A stretch of DNA of 64,000 nucleotides from an uncultured Gemmatimonadales bacterium (GTDB lineage Bacteria > Gemmatimonadota > Gemmatimonadetes > Longimicrobiales > RSA9), in contig CAVUKA010000006.1 of assembly GCA_963741945.1 (NCBI GenBank), positions 1 to 64,000 of the forward strand, written 5' to 3'. Positions within the stretch are counted from its first letter, which is position 1. Each line of letters starts with the position of its first letter. Positions 57,620 to 64,000 of the stretch are shown here, piece after piece. A program made the translations under genes and the position numbers. The notes beneath the pieces were generated by a model. That model saw only the letters and a list, made by a program, of their open reading frames with translations, had not been told where the DNA came from and did no database searches.

Positions 57620-59104
57620 ATGATGCGCAGCGGTTCCGGACTCCTGGTCGACATCCCGCCCCGACCCAGCCTCTCCGATTACGAGGGCGTGGCCCACCTC
57701 TCCCCCGCCGTGGCCGCCCTGCGCCAGCGCGCGGCCGGCGCGGCCGAGCGCTTCCGCGGCCGCACGCTCTGGATGATCAACTCCACGGCGCAGGGCGGCG
57801 GCGTGGCCGAGATGCTGCCCACCATGGTCACGCTCCTGGAGGAGCTGGGGATCCGCACGCGCTGGTTCGTCATCGAATCGAGCGAGCCCGACTTCTTCCG
57901 GCTCACCAAGCGCCTCCACAACCTCATCCACGGGGAGGGCGACCCGGACCTGGGCGATGCCGCCCGGCGCCTGTACGAAGGGATCAACGCAGACAACGCC
58001 TGCACCCTGGTGCCGCTGGTCCGCGATGGCGATGTGGTCGTGGTGCACGACCCCCAGCCAATGCCGCTGGGCGAGATGGTGCGCCGGGAGCTCGATGTCC
58101 GCACCATCTGGCGCTGCCACATCGGGCTGGACGTCAGCAACGCGGCCACCGATGCCGCATGGTCGTTCCTGGAGCCGTACGCGCGCCATTACGACGCCGC
58201 CGTCTTCTCCGCGCCCGAGTACGTCCCGGCCTACCTTCGTGATCGCGCGCGCATCATCTACCCGGCCATCGACCCGCTCTCCCAGAAGAACCGGGAGCTC
58301 AACCTGCACACCGTGGTGGGCGTGCTGGCCAACGCCGCACTGACCGTCGCGCCCGGCCCCGTGGTCCAGCCGCCGTTCCCGGACAACGCCCGGAGGCTCC
58401 AGGCGGACGGGCGCTGGTCGCCGGCCGTCCTCCCCGAGGACATCGGCCTGCTCATCCGTCCGATCGTCACCCAGATCTCCCGCTGGGACCGGCTCAAGGG
58501 GTGGCTCCCGCTCCTGCGCGGGTTCGCCGCGCTCAAGGAGCGGATCTACACCAGCCGGAACGACCGGCCGCCGCAAGAGCATCGGCGGCTCCGCCACCTG
58601 CGCCTGGTCATGGCGGGGCCGGACCCCGCGTCGATCCAGGACGACCCTGAAGGGCTGGAAGTGATCGAGGAGCTGCGCGGCGCCTACGTCGCCCTGGATG
58701 ATGAGCTCAGGGGCGATGTCGCGATGCTCGCGCTCCCCATGCAGAACCCGGATCACAACGCGCTCATGGTGAACGCCATCCAGCGCGCGTCGACGGTGGT
58801 CGTCCAGAACTCGCTGCGGGAAGGATTCGGCCTCACCATCACCGAGGCGATGTGGAAGCGCGTGCCGGTGCTGAGCAATCGCCGGGCGGTGGGCCCACGC
58901 CAGCAGATCCGGCACGGCGAGGACGGCTGGCTGATCGATGACCCGGAGGACCCCGACCAGATCGCGGACGCTCTCGACATCCTGCTGAACCAGCGGCACC
59001 AGCGGGCCGCACTGGGGCGCACCGCGCAGCGCCGCGCCCACGATGATTTCATGGTCTTCAGCCAGCTCGGCCGCTGGCTCGACCTCCTCGACGCCATCGG
59101 CTAG
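57620..59104 (+). CDS. GT4 glycosyltransferase, TreT/trehalose synthase-like
   Basis: 'NSTAQGGGVAEML','HDPQP','WRCHI','QISRWDRLK','REGFGLTITEAMWK'. Confidence 0.85.
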   Translation: MMRSGSGLLVDIPPRPSLSDYEGVAHLSPAVAALRQRAAGAAERFRGRTLWMINSTAQGGGVAEMLPTMVTLLEELGIRTRWFVIESSEPDFFRLTKRLHNLIHGEGDPDLGDAARRLYEGINADNACTLVPLVRDGDVVVVHDPQPMPLGEMVRRELDVRTIWRCHIGLDVSNAATDAAWSFLEPYARHYDAAVFSAPEYVPAYLRDRARIIYPAIDPLSQKNRELNLHTVVGVLANAALTVAPGPVVQPPFPDNARRLQADGRWSPAVLPEDIGLLIRPIVTQISRWDRLKGWLPLLRGFAALKERIYTSRNDRPPQEHRRLRHLRLVMAGPDPASIQDDPEGLEVIEELRGAYVALDDELRGDVAMLALPMQNPDHNALMVNAIQRASTVVVQNSLREGFGLTITEAMWKRVPVLSNRRAVGPRQQIRHGEDGWLIDDPEDPDQIADALDILLNQRHQRAALGRTAQRRAHDDFMVFSQLGRWLDLLDAIG

Positions 59105-59209
59105 GCGAGCCGTCAGAGCGCCGGGGGCCGCGGCCCTCGGTTGCCGCCGCGCGTCGGCGCCCCGACATTGCCCACTTGCCCCTCGATTTCCCCCGACAGA
59201 GCACGCCCG

Positions 59210-61513
59210 ATGACACCACGCAATGCCGCTCGTATGCTGCTCCTGGGCCTCGCCGTCTCGCTGGCTCCCGCGTGCGCTTCCGCCCCTGCCCGCCCCGTGC
59301 CGCCCACGGACGACCCGGACCTGGCCAGGGCCTACCACGTGCTCTCCACCACCCCGTTGATCGACGGGCACAACGACCTGCCGTGGCTCATCCGCGAGCG
59401 AAGCGGGGAAACGGGCGACCTGTCCGCGTACGACCTCCGCTCGCGCACATCCGGACAGACGGACATCCAACGCCTGCACCAGGGCATGCTGGGCGCACAG
59501 TTCTGGTCGGTCTACGTACCCGCGGAGACGCAGGCGGATGGCAGCGCGCCCCGGGTCCAGCTCGAGCAGATCGACATCGTCCGCAGGATGATCGGGGCGT
59601 ATCCTGACGTGTTCGAGCTCGCCCTCACCCCCGCCGACGTCACGCGCATCTTCCACGCCGGGAAGATCGCGTCCATGATCGGGCTGGAGGGCGGCCACGC
59701 CATCGAGAATTCCCTCGGCGCGCTGCGCGCCTATTACGACCTGGGCGCCCGTTACCTGACGCTGACCCACTCGCTCAATATCGACTGGGCGGATTCGTGC
59801 TGTGAGCCGCCGGAGCACGGTGGCCTGACGCCGTTCGGCGAGGCGGTGGTCCGGGAGATGAACCGGCTGGGCATGCTGGTGGACCTGGCCCACGTCTCGC
59901 CCGAGACCATGAACGATGTCCTGGATGTCACTGCGGCCCCCGTCATCTTCTCCCATTCCTCCGCACGCGCGCTGACGGATCATGAGCGCAACGTCCCGGA
60001 TGACGTGCTGCGCCGCGTGACCGGGAACGGCGGCGTGGTCATGGTCACGTTCGTCACCATCTTCGACAACGAAGCGCTCCGCCGCTGGGCCGAGACGCCG
60101 CCGGCGGACCGGACCGGGCCCGCGCCGGTGGCCACACTGGACGACGTCGCCGACCACATCGAGCACGTGCGCGACGTGGCCGGGATCGATCACGTGGGCA
60201 TTGGCAGCGATTTCGACGGCACGAGCACGCCCGAAGGGCTGGAAGATGTGTCGAAGTTTCCCGCCCTCTTCGCCGAGCTCTCGCGACGCGGCTGGAGCGA
60301 GGGCGAGCTGCGCAAGCTGGCGGGCGAGAACGTGCTGCGGGTGTGGCACGAGGCCGAGCGCGTCGCCGCGCGGCTCAGGTCGGCACAGGAGCCGGTCACG
60401 GCCACCATCGCGCAGCTGGACGGTGTAGTCCGGCCGGGGAGCGGCGCGTTCGTCACTCGACTGGGCCAGGACACGATCGCCGTCGAGAGCTTCCGCTACG
60501 GACCCGACACGTTCGATGCCACCGTGGCGCTGCGTGTCCCCACCACAGTGCTGACCCGCTACCACGCCGATCTCGACCGCCTCGGCCGCATCCGCTCACT
60601 CACGGCCACCGCGTTCGAGCCCGCCGCCGACACCGCCGACCGCCCCCTGGCCCGCACATCCTACCGGTTCCGCGGCGATTCGGTCGACATCACGGCCCGC
60701 ACGCCGGACGCGGAGCGGACGACCACCACGGCCGTGCGCGCCGACGCGCTCCCCTTCATCGACATGGTCCACTGGCCGTTCGAACTGGCGCTGATGCGAC
60801 TGGAGCCCCTCGGCCGGGAAGCCACGCTGCCCATGCTCATGGGCAGCCGCGTCGGTGAGTTCGGCTTCTCGGCCGCCGACCGCGACCATGCCACCATCCG
60901 CCACCCGTACCGCGGCACCATGGCCGTCCGTGTCGACACCCTCGGCCACATCCTGACCCTCGACGCCAGCGGCACCACCCGAAAGCTCTCCGTGCGACGC
61001 GTGGATGCCCTCGATGTCCCCGCCCTCGCCCGCGACTTCGCCGCCCGCGATGCCGCCGGCCGAGGCCTCGGCGCGCTTTCCGGCCGGGCCACGGCACACG
61101 GCGAGATCGGGGGCGCGCGCATCACCGTGGACTACGGCGTGCCCCAGAAGCGTGGCCGCGATATCTTCGGCGCCCTGGTCCCCTACGGCCAGGTGTGGCG
61201 CACGGGCGCCAACCGCGCCACACACTTCGACACCGACCGCGACCTGGTGATCGGCGGCACGCGCGTGCCCGCTGGAACGTACACGCTGTTCACGATCCCG
61301 GGACCTGACGCGTGGACCCTCATCGTGAACAGCAGGACCGACATCACCGGCACTGCGTACGACTCCGATGCCGACTTCGCACGCATCCCCATGAAGGTGA
61401 CCACGCTGGACGCCCCCGCGGAGGACCTGACCATCACGGTCGATCCCGCCGGCTTCCTCCGCGTGACATGGGACCGGACCGAGGCGAGCGTGCCGGTGAG
61501 GCCGGCGCGCTAG
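59210..61513 (+). CDS. M19 membrane dipeptidase fused to a C-terminal DUF2911-like domain (lipoprotein)
   Basis: 'IDGHNDLP','EGGH','FSHS','GIGSDFDG'; C-terminal 'VDYG.P.KRGRDIFG.LVPYG.VWRTGAN.AT'. Confidence 0.85.
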   Translation: MTPRNAARMLLLGLAVSLAPACASAPARPVPPTDDPDLARAYHVLSTTPLIDGHNDLPWLIRERSGETGDLSAYDLRSRTSGQTDIQRLHQGMLGAQFWSVYVPAETQADGSAPRVQLEQIDIVRRMIGAYPDVFELALTPADVTRIFHAGKIASMIGLEGGHAIENSLGALRAYYDLGARYLTLTHSLNIDWADSCCEPPEHGGLTPFGEAVVREMNRLGMLVDLAHVSPETMNDVLDVTAAPVIFSHSSARALTDHERNVPDDVLRRVTGNGGVVMVTFVTIFDNEALRRWAETPPADRTGPAPVATLDDVADHIEHVRDVAGIDHVGIGSDFDGTSTPEGLEDVSKFPALFAELSRRGWSEGELRKLAGENVLRVWHEAERVAARLRSAQEPVTATIAQLDGVVRPGSGAFVTRLGQDTIAVESFRYGPDTFDATVALRVPTTVLTRYHADLDRLGRIRSLTATAFEPAADTADRPLARTSYRFRGDSVDITARTPDAERTTTTAVRADALPFIDMVHWPFELALMRLEPLGREATLPMLMGSRVGEFGFSAADRDHATIRHPYRGTMAVRVDTLGHILTLDASGTTRKLSVRRVDALDVPALARDFAARDAAGRGLGALSGRATAHGEIGGARITVDYGVPQKRGRDIFGALVPYGQVWRTGANRATHFDTDRDLVIGGTRVPAGTYTLFTIPGPDAWTLIVNSRTDITGTAYDSDADFARIPMKVTTLDAPAEDLTITVDPAGFLRVTWDRTEASVPVRPAR

Positions 61514-61601
61514 GCCGCGCGACCCCGCCGGGAGAAGTCCGGCGGGGTCGCTCCACCTGCCCGCGTTCCGGCCCGGGCCGCACCCGGATCGACACTTTCC
61601 G

Positions 61602-64000
61602 CTACGGCTCGAGCCACTCCTCGTCCATCACATCGCGGTCCGGAGCATCCGGCGTGAAGCCGCTGGCCCGGATCACGGTGATGGGGCGGGTCAGCGTACC
61701 GTCGCTCACCGGGAGCACGACCGTATAGGTGCCATCCCCGACCAGCCCCGGTCCGCCCCCCCAACCTCCGCGGAAGCTCATGCGTACACCGCGGTCCCGC
61801 ATGGCCGATACGATCTGGCGCATGGCGGCGCGGACGTCGTCCTGCGACGGCTGCGGCGTCTGCTCGCCCGCCTCACCACGCTCCGTGGCGCCGCGGACCG
61901 CTTCACCGGCGACCGGCTGGCCCACTGGCGCTTCCCTGGGCGGCCTCTCTCCGGCCGCGGAACGCTCCGGAGCACCTTTCGACGGTGGGGCGGAGTCCGC
62001 CTTCGGCTCCGGGTACCGCTCGCCCGGCCGGTCCGTGCTCGCTCCGCCACCGCCCCGGCCGCCCCACATGCTCCCTCGGTCGCCGCTCCGCATCATGGCC
62101 AGCGCCCGGTCCGCCGCCGCGCGGTCCAGTCCCTCGTGCGCGACCAGGGAGTCCGCCACTTCAACCATCGCGGCGTCGGCACGGATGCTGTCCCGCAGCT
62201 CGGACGGCGACTTGGGCTCCGTCGCTTCCGAGCGCTTCTGCAGGTTCCACGTGACCCGGTGCAGCCCCGGCGATGCCGGGCCGTCCAGCGTCGCCACCGT
62301 GTCACCCGCGGTGCCCAGCACGGCCAGCTTCAGCCGCGCACCGCGCGCCGGCCGCTGCGCTCCCGACGCCTGGCGACGGGCCGCAGGGCCACCGGCGGAA
62401 ACGTCGCCCTCGTTCGCGCCCGCCTTCGCCGCGGGCGGGGTCCAGCCTTCGGGGATGTAGTAGGTGATCGCCGCTCCGAACGGCGCAGACTCGCCCTCGA
62501 AGTAGCGGTGCCCCGTGGACTCGCCGCCCGAGGGTGCATCACCGAACTCCAGCCCGGCGGCGGGCGCGAAGAGCACGGGCTCGTCGGCCAGGCGCACTGT
62601 CGCCAGCTGCTGGAGCGGTGCGATGTCGACGATCCAGATGGACCGGCCGTGCGTGGCCGCGATCAGCTCGTGGTCGCGGGGGTGGATCTCCAGGTCGTGC
62701 ACGGGGACTGTGGGCAGCCCTTCCATGAAGCGCCGCCACGTCGCGCCGCGGTCCGTGGAGACGTACGCGCCCACGTCCGTTCCCACGAACAGCAGGTCGG
62801 GGTTCACCAGGTCCTCGCGTACCACGTGCACGAAGTCCGGTCCGCCCGTGGGCAGGCCGTTTGCGAGGCTGCGGAAGCTCCTGCCGCCGTCGTTCGTGAC
62901 GAAGACGTACGGGCTGAAATCGTCGCTCCGGTGTCCGTCGAAAGCCACGTAGAAGCGTTGCGGGTCGAAGTGTGATGGCTCGATCCGGCTCACCCACGTG
63001 TTCTCGGGGACGCCCTTGAACAGCTTGTGGCGGAGCTGCTGCCACTCGCCGTCCGCCTGCCGCACCCAGACGTTCCCGTCATCGGTGCCGGCGAAAAGCA
63101 GTCCTTCCACCAGCGGCGACTCGGCCAGGGCCACGATCGTGGCATGCGTCTCCGCTCCCGTCACGTCCTTCGTGATCCCGCCCGTGGTCTTCGTGCTGAC
63201 CTCGATCTTCTCGGCGTCCTGCGTGGTCAGGTCGGGCGAGATCACGTTGAAGGTGGTGCCCTGGTCCGATGACATCAGCACCCGGTTGCCCGCCGCGTAG
63301 ACGGTGTGCGGCGCGTGCGGCGAGAGCACGATCGGCGTGTTCCAGTTGTAGCGCAGGTCGTACATCGCGGAGTCCTCGGCGACCTGCTCCTTCCACCCGT
63401 CCACCTTCGCCCGCTCGCCCGCGGTCATCGCGCGCGGCTCGGTCACCCCCTCGTGGACGGCGATCGAGTCCAGGAGCGGCCGCGCGTGCTCCTGCCAGTC
63501 CGGCTTCCCCATGCGCGAGCGCTCGCCCGTGACCAGGTTCACCCGCGACATGCTCCCGCCCTGCGACTCGGCATAGATCGTGGCCGGGTCGGTCGGGTCC
63601 TGCTGGCTGTAGAAGCCGTCCCCGCCGCTCACCGTGTACCACATGTGGTGGTCGATCCCGCCACGGGCGCGCCGGCTCGGACCGCACCACGTGCCGTTGT
63701 CCTGAAGACCGCCGCACACGCGGTATGGCACGCTCATGTCGTAGCTGACGTGGTAGAACTGTCCGATCGGGAGCGTATTGATGAAATCGTACGTCCCGCC
63801 CCGGTCCCACGTCACCGCGATCCCGCCGTCGTTGCCGACAATGAAGTGGTCCGGGTTCGACGGGTCCCACCACATGGCGTGATGGTCCACGTGGATCCCG
63901 AGGGTGGCCTCGCCCACCGTCTTCCCGCCATCCTTCGAGAACTGCACGGGCGTGGACGACCAGAAGACCAGGTCGGGATCGTCGGGCGCCACGCGCACCT
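61602..64000 (-). CDS. VPS10/BNR-repeat glycosyl-hydrolase-like protein (5' part outside the window)
   Basis: 'GLQDNG','GGDGF','RYNWNTP','AGTDDG','ATHGRSIW'. Confidence 0.88.
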   Translation of the reverse strand, partial: VRVAPDDPDLVFWSSTPVQFSKDGGKTVGEATLGIHVDHHAMWWDPSNPDHFIVGNDGGIAVTWDRGGTYDFINTLPIGQFYHVSYDMSVPYRVCGGLQDNGTWCGPSRRARGGIDHHMWYTVSGGDGFYSQQDPTDPATIYAESQGGSMSRVNLVTGERSRMGKPDWQEHARPLLDSIAVHEGVTEPRAMTAGERAKVDGWKEQVAEDSAMYDLRYNWNTPIVLSPHAPHTVYAAGNRVLMSSDQGTTFNVISPDLTTQDAEKIEVSTKTTGGITKDVTGAETHATIVALAESPLVEGLLFAGTDDGNVWVRQADGEWQQLRHKLFKGVPENTWVSRIEPSHFDPQRFYVAFDGHRSDDFSPYVFVTNDGGRSFRSLANGLPTGGPDFVHVVREDLVNPDLLFVGTDVGAYVSTDRGATWRRFMEGLPTVPVHDLEIHPRDHELIAATHGRSIWIVDIAPLQQLATVRLADEPVLFAPAAGLEFGDAPSGGESTGHRYFEGESAPFGAAITYYIPEGWTPPAAKAGANEGDVSAGGPAARRQASGAQRPARGARLKLAVLGTAGDTVATLDGPASPGLHRVTWNLQKRSEATEPKSPSELRDSIRADAAMVEVADSLVAHEGLDRAAADRALAMMRSGDRGSMWGGRGGGGASTDRPGERYPEPKADSAPPSKGAPERSAAGERPPREAPVGQPVAGEAVRGATERGEAGEQTPQPSQDDVRAAMRQIVSAMRDRGVRMSFRGGWGGGPGLVGDGTYTVVLPVSDGTLTRPITVIRASGFTPDAPDRDVMDEEWLEP

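Noticed and set aside
51214-60565. Very long antisense ORFs (51214-54231, 54186-57440, 57569-60565)
   Set aside because: High-GC shadow frames opposite well-supported genes

Overview
High-GC bacterial genomic window. The gene repertoire suggests Gemmatimonadota, but that is inference only. Positions 1-5000 hold an integron with 'inverted' architecture: intI (4022-4972, -) points toward its cassette array and is co-oriented with it. It has a candidate attI, three 45-bp-phased GTTAGGCTGC-type repeats and three clear attC sites. The four cassettes are a hypothetical gene present twice, an antisense DUF4160/DUF2442 toxin-antitoxin pair, and a 480-aa HEPN-motif protein that is a candidate anti-phage RNase. 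A degenerate attC with a GTC/GAC core lies on the other side of intI, between ydeI-like and DHFR-like genes; the ydeI-like gene is split by an IS256 element with an 8-bp target duplication. Positions 18-26 kb form an anaerobic redox block: CGGC, NifB/NifX and ferredoxin-ATPase genes converge on a heptaheme cytochrome c + cytochrome b + OTR-like octaheme operon, which has a class II FNR-box promoter and an adjacent Cys-cluster-less Crp/Fnr regulator. The remainder contains an AbiEi/DUF559 gene flanked by tandem repeats, c-di-GMP signalling genes, a Trx-VKOR fusion, Mo-hydroxylase maturation genes, thiI, an NAD-linked formate dehydrogenase, and cell-wall and peptidase genes. Several frameshifts and deletions suggest long-read assembly noise, so pseudogene and fusion calls need read-level checks. 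No rRNA, tRNA or CRISPR array was seen.
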